DNA of 64,000 nucleotides from Candidatus Micrarchaeota archaeon (GCA_021848065.1 JAJZNA010000010.1:34586-98585); one strand, 5' to 3'; counted from the first letter of the stretch, positions 1-9,273 are shown. Program-made: numbers and translations. Notes: generated from the letters alone by a model not told the origin.

Positions 1-252
1 CAGGACAAGGCAGTGGTTGAGGTATCTGGACCTGGGATAAGCAGCACTGCAAAGTCAGTGAACGCAGACACTGAAGCTCCAAAATTTGAGAACATGTCGA
101 TAAAAGATTACGGAATGGGGGTGTTCATAGAAAAGCTAAGGCAGAAGGGAGTGTCCTTCGGAAAGGTGGGCCCCGCAGACCTCTTCGATGCACTAAGCTT
201 GGAAGGCAGCAAGGACAAGGCAATAAGAAAGGCCCTTGACATGCTTCTGTGA
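1..252 (+). CDS. hypothetical protein, C-terminal fragment (frame open to left window edge)
   Basis: Frame 1 is open from nt 1 to TGA 250-252. No recognisable motif. Confidence 0.35.
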   Translation, partial: QDKAVVEVSGPGISSTAKSVNADTEAPKFENMSIKDYGMGVFIEKLRQKGVSFGKVGPADLFDALSLEGSKDKAIRKALDMLL

Positions 253-261
253 TGACGCCGC

Positions 262-1650
262 TCACTTTCGTTCCTTGTACCTAGCATACTTCAGGAGCTC
301 GGCAAGGGATTTGACGGCCGATGCCGGTGAATCATATACGGGAAGACCAGCACTTTCCATCATTATCCTATGCATGCGCGTGTAATCGGCACCTATGCTT
401 AATACAATTAGTGGCTTTCCAAGTCTGTCCTTCATGTTGACCATCTTTGCCGCAACCCTTGAATCTGCCCCTGGAGTCTGGAATAGTATTATCACAAGGA
501 GCATGTCTACGTTCTCATCATTGCCCACAGTCTCGAGGGCCTTGCCATACCTGACTTCTTCGGCATCTCCGGCTAGGTCTAGTGGATTGCGTATATTGAC
601 AAGTGGGGGCATTGATTTCCTAAGGTCGCGTTTCACTGAATCAGAAAGTTCGGCAAGAGTGAGATCGGGATTCGAGCCTATTGCATCTGCGCACAGTACA
701 CCGGTCCCTCCCCCATTGGTTATTATGGCTACACGGCCCCCGTGTGGATATTTTTCTGAGTCCAGTATCTTTGCAAAGTACAGCAGTTCGCTAAGGTCTT
801 CTGCAATAGTGAATCCGAACTGCCTGAATACCGCCTCATGAGCCTCATAGTTTCCTGCTAGGGCTGCGGTGTGGGAGTGGGCCGCAGACATTCCTGCAGA
901 AGTCCTTCCAGCCTTGAGTACTATGACAGGCTTCTTCTTGGTTATCTTCCTGGCGACTTCTACAAACTCGTGGCCCCGCTTGATGCCCTCGATGTACATG
1001 ATTATTACCTTGGTCTCTTCGTCTTCCATGAGGTAGTTTAGCAGATCCACCTCATCCACGTGTGCGGCGTTGCCATAGGATATAAATTTCGAAAGCCCGA
1101 AGCCCTCTCCAGAAATCAGATCGAGGACTGTGCTTCCCACAGCACCGCTTTGGCATACGAAACTGACACCACCCACTGCAGGTCGGCTAAGCTTGTATGT
1201 TGGGAGGAAGAGGGTGTCTATCCTTGACCTTGGGTCCATGACGCCTAGGCAGTTGGGCCCCAGAGTAGGCATCCCGTATTTTTCAGCTATCTCAACCAGT
1301 TTTTCCTGCAGTTCAGTCTCTCCGACTTCGGAGAACCCGCCGCTCACCACTATGGCAGTCTTCACATGGGCCTTGCCACATTCCTCTAGTGCGGCAGGAA
1401 CGAATTGGGCAGGTATTGATATGACAGCAAGGTCTATCTTGTCTTTTATGTCCAGAACTGACTTGAACGTCTTCACTCCGAGGATATCCTCCTCTGATTT
1501 CACATTTACCGCATAAAGCCTGCCAGGATATCCGGCATTTATGTAGTTCTGAAGTATAACATGCCCAACCTTGTCAGGATCCCTTGATGCGCCTATTATC
1601 GCAACGGATTCAGGCTTGAGCATTGGTTTGAGGTTCATTTTTTTCATCAT
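262..1650 (-). CDS. acdA: ADP-forming acetyl-CoA synthetase / NDP-forming acyl-CoA synthetase, alpha subunit (CoA-binding plus CoA-ligase domains)
   Basis: 462 aa. N-terminus KPESVAIIGASRDPDKVGHV is typical of the CoA-binding Rossmann domain. GPNCLG and SGA..G motifs are succinyl-CoA-ligase-like. Start lies 2 nt after the upstream beta-subunit gene. Confidence 0.85.
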   Translation of the reverse strand: MMKKMNLKPMLKPESVAIIGASRDPDKVGHVILQNYINAGYPGRLYAVNVKSEEDILGVKTFKSVLDIKDKIDLAVISIPAQFVPAALEECGKAHVKTAIVVSGGFSEVGETELQEKLVEIAEKYGMPTLGPNCLGVMDPRSRIDTLFLPTYKLSRPAVGGVSFVCQSGAVGSTVLDLISGEGFGLSKFISYGNAAHVDEVDLLNYLMEDEETKVIIMYIEGIKRGHEFVEVARKITKKKPVIVLKAGRTSAGMSAAHSHTAALAGNYEAHEAVFRQFGFTIAEDLSELLYFAKILDSEKYPHGGRVAIITNGGGTGVLCADAIGSNPDLTLAELSDSVKRDLRKSMPPLVNIRNPLDLAGDAEEVRYGKALETVGNDENVDMLLVIILFQTPGADSRVAAKMVNMKDRLGKPLIVLSIGADYTRMHRIMMESAGLPVYDSPASAVKSLAELLKYARYKERK

Positions 1651-1651
1651 A

Positions 1652-2266
1652 TCACTCCAATATCCTAAGATCTACGGCCTCATAGCTGTCTTCGCGCACC
1701 ACCACTGGATTTAGGTCGAGCTCTTTTATGAAGTCATTCTTCGAGAGCATATCGGACACTTCCATGAGCAGGTTAACGAGCAGGGCAGAGCTCTTGCCAC
1801 CATATGTAACAACGTCCTTTGATTTCAACTGGTTCACCATGTCTAGCGCATCCTGCTTTGTTATTGGACAGACCCTCAAGGAGAAATCCTTGAACACTTC
1901 TACATATATTCCACCTAGTCCGAGTAGAATGAGCTTGCCGAACTGGGGATCGGTCCTCCCTCCGACTATTATCTCCACCCCGGAAGGTGCCATCTTCTGC
2001 GCTATTATCTTGTATGGGGAGAGGGCCTTTCCCTTGCGCTCTAGATCGTGGAAGGCGACACTTATGCCAGGGCCCTGTAGATTAAGCTTGACAAGGCCCG
2101 CCTTGGACTTGTGCAGTGCCTTCTCCGAGATAAGTTTGAGAACGATCTTTGAGCCTGAAGCAAACCTTTCCGCGTCTTCAGCAGAAGATACGTACTTGCT
2201 GTCCACGGATTTTATGCCGTACTTGTCCAGCAGCTTCTTCGCCTCGAAATATTCATACAGCGTCAT
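1652..2266 (-). CDS. acdB: ADP-forming acetyl-CoA synthetase beta subunit (ATP-grasp domain)
   Basis: 204 aa. YEAKKLLDKYGI...KLISEKALHKSKAGLVKLNL is the ATP-grasp_5 pattern. Contiguous with acdA. Confidence 0.8.
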   Translation of the reverse strand: MTLYEYFEAKKLLDKYGIKSVDSKYVSSAEDAERFASGSKIVLKLISEKALHKSKAGLVKLNLQGPGISVAFHDLERKGKALSPYKIIAQKMAPSGVEIIVGGRTDPQFGKLILLGLGGIYVEVFKDFSLRVCPITKQDALDMVNQLKSKDVVTYGGKSSALLVNLLMEVSDMLSKNDFIKELDLNPVVVREDSYEAVDLRILE

Positions 2267-2926
2267 TCACACACCCAACTTGGCAACAAAGACAAAGTAG
2301 TACAGTACAATTATTATTGCTATTAACACTATAAGCGAAATGTACAGGGTGCGCCTCTGGCTGCTCTTGGCAGGCTGCATCTGTGGTGGCTGGGGCTGGA
2401 CTGGTGGCTGTTCTGCAACGGAGGGCGCTGGCTGCTCCTGCTGCGGCTGGGGCGGTGGAGCTTGCTGCGGCTGCAGTTCCTTGGCCTTTAGGAAGCCATT
2501 CTCGGTAAGGTGAAGGTCTGCTCCTCCGCTCTTCAGGTCGTAGATTATTAGGCCCTGCTTATATAGCTTGTAAAGCCTCAGTGCGAGATCCTTAGACCTT
2601 ATATTTAGCGTGTTCTGGAGCTCTACAGGAAGTCTCTTGCCGCCAGACATCTGGAAGAGTATCTCCTGGTCTAGCTTGTCAAGAGGGTTTGATGACTTGG
2701 ATTCGGCCTCGCTCAGGAGAGCCTTACCCATGTCTGACACAACTATGGTGTTGGGACCTGGGTAGTAGGAGCTGAAGTCTATTAACGATTTCTGCTTGAG
2801 AGTTCCTGCGAGGTTTGATGCATCAAAGATGCTTGCATTGATGGCACTTCCGAATTTTTCAAGGGTGGTGTCTGGAGTTATTCTCAACAGGCAGGCAAGG
2901 TCCACAAAATTTATTTCGTCAGCCAT
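2267..2926 (-). CDS. hypothetical membrane-anchored protein (soluble N-domain, P/Q-rich linker, C-terminal TM helix)
   Basis: 219 aa. Linker QPQQAPPPQPQQEQPAPSVAEQPPVQPQPPQMQP is followed by YISLIVLIAIIIVLYYFVFVA. The stop abuts the acdB start, so probably the same operon. Confidence 0.5.
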   Translation of the reverse strand: MADEINFVDLACLLRITPDTTLEKFGSAINASIFDASNLAGTLKQKSLIDFSSYYPGPNTIVVSDMGKALLSEAESKSSNPLDKLDQEILFQMSGGKRLPVELQNTLNIRSKDLALRLYKLYKQGLIIYDLKSGGADLHLTENGFLKAKELQPQQAPPPQPQQEQPAPSVAEQPPVQPQPPQMQPAKSSQRRTLYISLIVLIAIIIVLYYFVFVAKLGV

Positions 2927-2995
2927 ATTACCAATCTCTATTGCACACCAATAAATAAAAGGTTATTCGGACTTATTTAAGCATAGAGTGGTTTC

Positions 2996-4246
2996 TTGGA
3001 GATACGTTTTCTTGGCGGGGCTGGAGAAGTAGGCAGGTCTGGAATACTGCTCAAGGACTCCAAGACCATACTGCTCGACTATGGAATAAAGGTTGACGGG
3101 CATACGGAATATCCTGAAAAGGCCGGTAGGGTGGACGCATGCATAGTAAGCCATGCGCATCTTGATCATAGCGGCTTCTCTCCATCGCTTTACCACGAGG
3201 GTTTCCCTCTCACAGTCGCCACGGAGCCTACCATGAAGCTTGCTGAGCTTCTGATCGAGGATTCCATGAAGATACACAGGAAGAAGCACGAGCATGAGCA
3301 CTTCCACAAGGCGCAGCTGCATACCATGATGAACAGGTATCTGCCCCTCCCTTATTCCCAGACCACAGAGTTTGATAGGTATGACATATCGTTGCACAAT
3401 GCAGGTCATATATGCGGAAGCGCAGTAAGCCTCATAGAGAAAAAGGCGAGCGGAAGGAGGCTTGTTTACACTGGCGACTTCAAGATGGAGCCGCAGCTGC
3501 TGGAGAAGGGGGCTGAGGTTGTCAAGAGCAACATACTCATACTGGAATCCACCTATGCAAACAAGGACCATCCGGACAGGGAAGGGCTCATACAGCGGAT
3601 GGTGGACGAAATATGGGAGACGGTGGACAACGGAGGGACAGCGCTGCTGCCTGCGTTCGCTGTGGGAAGGTCGCAGGAACTTCTAGCCATACTCCAGAGA
3701 AGCGGGCTGATAAAGCGTACATTCATAGACGGCATGGCTCGTGCGGCCACGGACATAGTGGCAGGGTATCCGGATTATGTGAGCGACAGGAGCCTGTTGG
3801 AGAACGCCATAAGGAATTCTGTGTGGGTGGACAGCAGGAGGAAGAAGATGGAGGCAGTAGACGGCGGGAATGTGATAGTCACTACTTCGGGCATGCTCAA
3901 TGGCGGGCCAGTTCTCGACTACATAACCAGGTTGAACAGGGAGTCTAGGATATTCATTACCGGATTCCAGGTCGAAGGGACCAATGGAAACAAGATGATA
4001 CAGGGCAGGCCGATAGACATAGATGGCAGGGACTACAGGGTGAGGACTCCTTTTTCAGTTTATGATCTCTCGGCACATGCTGGAAAGAAGGACATCCACG
4101 AATACGTGAAGAGGAGCTGTCCTGAAACAGTGGTGTGCGTTCACGGCAGTGAGGAGAACACATCCATACTTGCGCAGGATCTTAGGGCTGAGGGATTCGA
4201 TGCGTACGCACCGCGGGTAGGGGATAGCATTAGCGTGGAATTCTGA
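2996..4246 (+). CDS. beta-CASP family metallo-beta-lactamase-fold ribonuclease (aCPSF2/RNase J-like)
   Basis: 416 aa with a TTG start. Has the HAHLDHSG MBL motif, N-terminus IRFLGGAGEVGRSG and a beta-CASP-like C-terminal half (SAHAG). Confidence 0.75.
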   Translation: MEIRFLGGAGEVGRSGILLKDSKTILLDYGIKVDGHTEYPEKAGRVDACIVSHAHLDHSGFSPSLYHEGFPLTVATEPTMKLAELLIEDSMKIHRKKHEHEHFHKAQLHTMMNRYLPLPYSQTTEFDRYDISLHNAGHICGSAVSLIEKKASGRRLVYTGDFKMEPQLLEKGAEVVKSNILILESTYANKDHPDREGLIQRMVDEIWETVDNGGTALLPAFAVGRSQELLAILQRSGLIKRTFIDGMARAATDIVAGYPDYVSDRSLLENAIRNSVWVDSRRKKMEAVDGGNVIVTTSGMLNGGPVLDYITRLNRESRIFITGFQVEGTNGNKMIQGRPIDIDGRDYRVRTPFSVYDLSAHAGKKDIHEYVKRSCPETVVCVHGSEENTSILAQDLRAEGFDAYAPRVGDSISVEF

Positions 4247-4380
4247 ATTGCCTTATAGCATGTAGGCATCTTTGAGCCTTTGAAGCAATTTGAAAAAGGA
4301 CTTGGCTATTGGAAATATCCCCGAAATGCCGCAATGGAGGACATGATGCTGACGCATGATGAAATATATTGCACGCCCTT

Positions 4381-4537
4381 ACTCCTATCTCAAGGATAGG
4401 AGTTTGCGGGAGTGTTGGATTTTATCATTATACGATAGGCATGCAATATGCCTTAAGTTATAGACATTTGCAGGCGGCTTTTGCCTGCCATAGCACATAA
4501 ATCAAGAAATAGAAGGAATTGCCGCCAATATGGCGGC
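4381..4537. other. cluster of four perfect hairpins in a convergent intergenic region (possible terminators or a small structured RNA)
   Basis: Stems: ACTCCTATC/GATAGGAGT (4381-4403), AGGCAT/ATGCCT (about 4435-4452), GCAGGC/GCCTGC (4470-4488), GCCGCC/GGCGGC (4521-4537). Lies between the stops of 2996..4246(+) and 4550..4891(-). Confidence 0.4.
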
Positions 4538-4549
4538 TGTTCCAAGGAT

Positions 4550-4891
4550 TTATTCGGACTCTTCGTCAGAATACTCTGGTACCTCTTCAGGTACTTCTCC
4601 CTTGCCTATTACCTCTATCTTGCCGTATTTTCCGGTTGAGAGCTGAGGCGTGCCCCTGAACTCGCTTACATAGCCATTTGTTATCTTTACCTTGTCCCCC
4701 TTGTTTACAGTCTCTATGTCCTTGCCCCATAGCGATAGCGCTATTGATCCGGTATCATCTTGGAGTGTTACGCTTGCGACGTTGAGCCTCTTGCCATACT
4801 TGGTTATTACTTCCCTTGGCTCCTGCTTTTCTGTTACTGTAGCCTCTATCTCTACGTTGCTGGCTCCTGCCTTTAATTCATTTATTTTCAT
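4550..4891 (-). CDS. ssb: single-OB-fold ssDNA-binding protein (SSB/RPA-like) with acidic C-terminal tail
   Basis: 113 aa. OB-fold pattern VEIEATV...VASVTLQDDTGSIALSLWGKD...GDKVKITNGYVSEFRG. Tail is EEVPEYSDEESE. Confidence 0.75.
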   Translation of the reverse strand: MKINELKAGASNVEIEATVTEKQEPREVITKYGKRLNVASVTLQDDTGSIALSLWGKDIETVNKGDKVKITNGYVSEFRGTPQLSTGKYGKIEVIGKGEVPEEVPEYSDEESE

Positions 4892-4982
4892 GCAAATACA
4901 CCGTATTAGTACTTATCAGATAAATGATACAGGTATATTAACCCTTATGTTGAGTTCCCGCTTTTATGAGGGAGATTCTGCT

Positions 4983-5306
4983 TTAGTAGATTTTTTTGCA
5001 ATGTTCGATGAGTGTCCGGATGGTCCCGGAAGTCTTTATCGTGTAAAGTCCGATGCGCTGCCCGTTGATCTCTTTAACCATTGCAGTTGCGAGCATCAGC
5101 CTCCTTTCAAATCCGCGGTTGACGCGTATTATGAAGGCATGTTGATTGTACTGAAATACGGGCTTGGGGCTTGACTCCATCCTGCCTATCTGCCCTAGTT
5201 GCAGGTCTAGCGCTATGCCTAGGCCTTGGGAAACCGCGGGATTGCGGATGTCTAAAGGTGCGGTGGACTCCACTAGTATGTATCGATTCTTGTGCTTGGT
5301 TATCAT
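4983..5306 (-). CDS. rnp2: RNase P protein component 2 (Pop5 family)
   Basis: 107 aa. KNRYILVE N-terminal motif and Pop5-like size. 4-nt overlap with the upstream Rpp30 gene, the usual archaeal Rpp30-Pop5 pairing. Confidence 0.65.
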   Translation of the reverse strand: MITKHKNRYILVESTAPLDIRNPAVSQGLGIALDLQLGQIGRMESSPKPVFQYNQHAFIIRVNRGFERRLMLATAMVKEINGQRIGLYTIKTSGTIRTLIEHCKKIY

Positions 5307-5806
5307 AATATGTCACCCCCGAATATGACAAACTTGCTGTTTCCCGTGTCCATCAGCATATGAGACACCTCTGCCATCTGCCCGGTTGAGACAAGGTATT
5401 CCGCGCTCTCGGCAAGGGTAACCAGTATACATCGTGCCCCAAGGCTATGCGCAGATGCCAGTATTTTTCTGAGTCTTGAAAGTTCTGACTGCCTCTCCCT
5501 TGGATCCATGCGCAGCATGGCTGAGACAGGTACCAAGATAGGCTTACGGCTCTCCGCCGCCTTCCCTATTAGCTTCTTGTTGAGAATGCTATCTTCGAAT
5601 ATTATGGCCACAACGCCGGGGTCCTTGAGCGCCCTTGCCAAGTTGTTCTGGTCCTTTGAGCGAACAATAATGGGAACGCTGCTTTGTGACGGCGATGCGC
5701 TTAGGGCGATGTCCTTGCCTATGGCATATATCCTTGAGTAGCCAAGGCGGGCCTGAAGGCCCTTGTCTACATCAAAAAGCGCAACATCGAAGTATTCCAT
5801 TTTCAT
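5303..5806 (-). CDS. rnp3: RNase P protein component 3 (Rpp30 family), short form
   Basis: Start chosen at ATG 5806 (MKMEYFDVALFD...), which makes an ATGA overlap with the stop of the DHH gene. The longer tracked ORF (to 6025) would run antisense-free but inside the DHH CDS in another frame, with an Arg-rich, junk-like N-terminus. Confidence 0.6.
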   Translation of the reverse strand: MKMEYFDVALFDVDKGLQARLGYSRIYAIGKDIALSASPSQSSVPIIVRSKDQNNLARALKDPGVVAIIFEDSILNKKLIGKAAESRKPILVPVSAMLRMDPRERQSELSRLRKILASAHSLGARCILVTLAESAEYLVSTGQMAEVSHMLMDTGNSKFVIFGGDIL

Positions 5807-6783
5807 ATCCTTGATTTTATTTTGGACAAAAGATCTGACACAGCCTCCGCGGCGTGGCTGGTGTAAGGGCCGTATGCACCTGCTGCGCAGGGATGACCGC
5901 CTCCCTGGCCTTTGAGCATTAATGCAGCGTCCTTCATAAGGTCGCCTAAGTTTATGGACAGTTTGCTGTTCAATCCCGGGTACATTCGTGCAGATATAGA
6001 TGCCTCGCCGTTGCTTATGGACCAAAATACGGCTATATCAGCCCCAATGGACAGGGCCTTTTCAGCCAGGTCGTTAGGGTGCCCCGAAGCCACGCCGTAC
6101 ACGATCACATATTCGGACTGTAACTCCACAGTTGATGCAAAAAGGTCGGAGATGTGGGACTTCCGAGCATCATACGTATCACGGCGGTAGATGTCATGCA
6201 GGATACCACCGTAGTCTAATCCGGTCTTTGAAAGAAGCGCGGATATCTGACCGAAAGTAACGTGGCTGGCATTCTTTAGCTCGGCAGAATCGGCTATTAT
6301 GCCGTAAAGCAGAAGCCGCATGGCGCGTTCAGGTATGGAGAACCCCAGCCTTTCCAATACTGCATACACTATGCTTGCAGCAGAATTGAACGATTGGTCG
6401 TTGAATACCAGAGCCCTTTGCGGGATTCCGTCAGAAGGAACGTGGTGGTCTATGAACAGAAGTTCTGCAGTAGATTCCTTAATCTGCTGGCTTATGGAAC
6501 CCATTGAGCCCAGGCCATTGGTGTCTACCACTATCACAGCCTCCGCTCCGCTTATGGAGCGGTTATCCCAGAGGTCATAGCCCTGGCCCTTGAGTATGCG
6601 TGCCGCACTCCCGGATATGAAGTCGGGAACTGCGATCTTTGCGCCAGCAATATATTCCGATAAGGCAGCAGCGCTGGACACGCTGTCCAGGTCGCCTACT
6701 GCATGGAAAGTTACGGCCACCTTCCTGGACCGGTATGATTCTATAATATCGCAGAGCTTTTCGAACGTTATTTTTATGCTCAC
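5803..6783 (-). CDS. DHH/DHHA1 family phosphoesterase (NrnA/RecJ-like)
   Basis: 326 aa. Motifs: HAVGDLDSVSSA, VVDTN, IDHH and the DHHA1 motif GGGHPCAAG. Confidence 0.8.
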   Translation of the reverse strand: MSIKITFEKLCDIIESYRSRKVAVTFHAVGDLDSVSSAAALSEYIAGAKIAVPDFISGSAARILKGQGYDLWDNRSISGAEAVIVVDTNGLGSMGSISQQIKESTAELLFIDHHVPSDGIPQRALVFNDQSFNSAASIVYAVLERLGFSIPERAMRLLLYGIIADSAELKNASHVTFGQISALLSKTGLDYGGILHDIYRRDTYDARKSHISDLFASTVELQSEYVIVYGVASGHPNDLAEKALSIGADIAVFWSISNGEASISARMYPGLNSKLSINLGDLMKDAALMLKGQGGGHPCAAGAYGPYTSHAAEAVSDLLSKIKSRI

Positions 6784-7139
6784 TGAGCTCCCTGGCCGGC
6801 GCGGTATATCTGTGTTATCTTCTCGTTGAGCTGCTTTTCCTGCGCCTTGAGGTCGTTGAACTGCTTGGTCATGGACTGTATCCTTGTCTCTGAAAGCTCC
6901 GTCCTGTCCTTTATGTCCACCTGGGCCTTATCCTTTGTGGTCTCAACTATGACTCCGCCCACGCTTATGTATACTTTGCCCATAGCCTTCGATACCTCTT
7001 CGTTGGCACGCTCCAGCTCTGCCTTCTGGTTCCTTAGCTGGTCTAGCTGTATGGCGTACATCCTAAGCTGTTCCTGCACCATCTGGTAGTCTTTGAGCAT
7101 CTTCTCTATCTCCTGTTCGTTAGGTTGCGGCTGTGGCAT
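6780..7139 (-). CDS. pfdB: prefoldin beta subunit
   Basis: Coiled-coil / beta-hairpin / coiled-coil pattern (QLRMYAIQLDQL...VYISVGGVIVETTKDKA...LKAQEKQLNEKI). I prefer ATG 7139 (119 aa). An alternative ATG at 7184 gives 134 aa. Confidence 0.75.
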   Translation of the reverse strand: MPQPQPNEQEIEKMLKDYQMVQEQLRMYAIQLDQLRNQKAELERANEEVSKAMGKVYISVGGVIVETTKDKAQVDIKDRTELSETRIQSMTKQFNDLKAQEKQLNEKITQIYRAGQGAQ

Positions 7140-7212
7140 ATAATCACTTATATAAATTAGTGGCTGAATACTATAATAGGTCATATATATTTATTATTAT
7201 GACTATACTTCT
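7140..7212. promoter_or_regulatory. AT-rich divergent promoter region (TATA-like tracts for pfdB and 7213..7692)
   Basis: ttatataaa at 7148-7156 and atatatttattatta at 7184-7198, 15-30 nt from the flanking start codons. Confidence 0.4.
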
Positions 7213-7692
7213 GTGGTCATTTTGGAGCTTAACGAGGCGTCACTTATAGAGAATGAAGTCACAATAAGGAATCTCAGGCTGCCAAATGAAGTGCTCGAGA
7301 CCAGGAGGGCCGCAATAAGGTGGCTGGCACTATCCCTAGGCATAATAAATCCTGGAGAGTCAAGGTTGAGCTCCCTGGCAGTTCTTGATGCGCTGGTAAA
7401 TTTCCAGTTCATAAAGAAGGTGGACCCAACAGTGCGTGACTTGACAGAGTACATAAACGCCAATTGGGAGAGCATAAACGAGAAGACGCTGAGATACCAT
7501 CTCCTAAGGATGAAGAAGATGGGATACGTAGACAACTCCGGCGGAAAATTTTATTTCAGGCCTCCGGCGACAGGGGACAGATACGACCCTGCCAACTGGG
7601 CCTCAAGGATGTTTGAGTCCAACTATGGCGAGATAGCCAGCAAGGTGGGCAACGTGATAAAAGAGGTAAGGAACAAGTCAATAGGTGTTTGA
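7213..7692 (+). CDS. hypothetical protein with probable winged-helix DNA-binding domain
   Basis: 159 aa with a GTG start. The segment DLTEYINANWESINEKTLRYHLLRMKKMGYV resembles a wHTH recognition helix plus wing. Confidence 0.4.
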   Translation: MVILELNEASLIENEVTIRNLRLPNEVLETRRAAIRWLALSLGIINPGESRLSSLAVLDALVNFQFIKKVDPTVRDLTEYINANWESINEKTLRYHLLRMKKMGYVDNSGGKFYFRPPATGDRYDPANWASRMFESNYGEIASKVGNVIKEVRNKSIGV

Positions 7693-9273
7693 ATGGCTAA
7701 GGTAAAGGAGATATATCTATGGATAATACTGTTTGCTGCGATAGCAATAGGCTCGGTTTACTTCAGGTATTATTACCAGCCGCAGCTTTCGCTCAACGTG
7801 TCGTTTGCTAATTCCACTACATCAGTGTACCCGTACCAGCAGGCAGGCATGCATGTGGTTGTAAGAAATACGGGAGCGTCAACCATATCAAACATGTCGT
7901 TGGGGCTTTATGTCAACGGCAACATAACGCGCACTTACCGTATCACCATACCTGGAGGCGAGAACGCCAGCATGAGCTTCAACTTAACACCGGCGTACAG
8001 CGGCACATACAATATCACGGTAATTGCAGACCCCAGCAAACTGTACTACATAAACAACAGGAATTCTTCACGGGCCAGCGAATTCGTTGATGTGATGCCT
8101 GCAGATACGGCCAATCCTGGGGCTTCATTCACGAGCAACGGCCTGGTAAGCGAGGATATTTACAGGATGTCTACGAGCGGATACGGGTTCACGCTCTTCC
8201 TTGCTAACGACACAGGTGCACAGGAATTCCTGCTCACGCCATTCCAGAACCTAAACAATCTCCTCTACCCGACCCTTGACGTTTACTACAGCTATGTAAA
8301 GGATATTGCAGTGGGCCACGCATACTACAAGAATTATTCCATGGTGTCTGTGTGGCTGAAGGGATACCTTACACCAAATGCCATAGCCACCGTTGCTGTT
8401 GGAAAAGGGCTTAACGTAAGCTATAACGGCAGTCTTGATGTGATAGGCTTGGGTTCTAACACCACAATGTGCACATGGTACTCTGGAGGATGGGTCAAGG
8501 CACTTGCAGTAGTTAACAGCAGCAGGAGCTGCGCGGCATTCGTGGATGAGAATTCGAGCAGGGCCAGCAAGCTTGAAGTTGGCAAGTTCGTATACGGCAA
8601 CCTCAGCATATACAACTACAGCGGATACTTCAGCAACTACACATACACGGGCCAGTGGTCCATTGTGAACAAGTCGTTCCTGTTCCAGAGCGTAAGCACA
8701 GGACCCAATTTCACGAACATTTGTTATGGCAACATAGAGCAGGTAGACAACATATCGTACTGCAGCACATACTACCTTGAACCGCAGAACACCATACTAG
8801 TAAAGACAAATGCCATACTGGGCATGTACAACTTCACTACGTGGGCGCTGACAAACAATCTTACGGTAATAAACCAGACGAGATTCGACAAACAGTTGGT
8901 GGAGAGATACAACATAACGTCACCTTCATCGCAATTCGTCTCTGGCTTCGTCAACTCGTGCTACATAAACGGGAAGATAGGATGCTACGGATCTTCGTGG
9001 AACTACAATTCGCTGAGCCTTGGCCTCATAAACGAGTATAACTCCACAGTGAGGCTGGAAAGTGCAGGGTGCTATACTGAAGGTGCGCAGAACTACACCC
9101 AGATAGGCCAGACGTTGGCTCCTGGAGGATACACTTACATAACAATACCATGTTACCAGAATGGGACCAGGATTTCGGGAGTTCCTTTGGGGCTGCAGGT
9201 CTACCTTAATCTCACATACCAGGTGTCGAATAGCACTTTGAAGGCCATAGGAGATGCAAAGCTCGTCAAGTGA
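7693..9273 (+). CDS. N-terminally anchored extracellular protein, extremely rich in N-glycosylation sequons
   Basis: 526 aa. N-terminal TM is IYLWIILFAAIAIGSVYF. I count about 30 N-x-S/T sequons by eye. Several Cys residues. No catalytic motif recognised. Confidence 0.55.
   Translation: MAKVKEIYLWIILFAAIAIGSVYFRYYYQPQLSLNVSFANSTTSVYPYQQAGMHVVVRNTGASTISNMSLGLYVNGNITRTYRITIPGGENASMSFNLTPAYSGTYNITVIADPSKLYYINNRNSSRASEFVDVMPADTANPGASFTSNGLVSEDIYRMSTSGYGFTLFLANDTGAQEFLLTPFQNLNNLLYPTLDVYYSYVKDIAVGHAYYKNYSMVSVWLKGYLTPNAIATVAVGKGLNVSYNGSLDVIGLGSNTTMCTWYSGGWVKALAVVNSSRSCAAFVDENSSRASKLEVGKFVYGNLSIYNYSGYFSNYTYTGQWSIVNKSFLFQSVSTGPNFTNICYGNIEQVDNISYCSTYYLEPQNTILVKTNAILGMYNFTTWALTNNLTVINQTRFDKQLVERYNITSPSSQFVSGFVNSCYINGKIGCYGSSWNYNSLSLGLINEYNSTVRLESAGCYTEGAQNYTQIGQTLAPGGYTYITIPCYQNGTRISGVPLGLQVYLNLTYQVSNSTLKAIGDAKLVK

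Noticed and set aside
2380-2470. Apparent tandem DNA repeat (ctgctgcggctg / ggctgg units)
   Set aside because: This is the coding sequence of the Pro/Gln-rich linker of 2267..2926. It is low-complexity coding DNA and not a repeat array or CRISPR.
2963-3571. 202-aa minus-strand ORF
   Set aside because: It is antisense to the well-supported beta-CASP RNase gene and has no motifs.
4343-4362. C/D-box-like strings (ATGATGC, CTGA, ATGATGA)
   Set aside because: The boxes are adjacent, with no 10-12 nt guide spacers. No terminal D box (CTGA) follows within 60 nt on either strand. No terminal stem is present.
5807-6025. Long N-terminal extension of the Rpp30 ORF (tracked as 5303..6025)
   Set aside because: The extension lies entirely inside the DHH phosphoesterase CDS in another frame and is Arg/Cys-rich with low plausibility. 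ATG 5806 gives the classic ATGA stop/start overlap.
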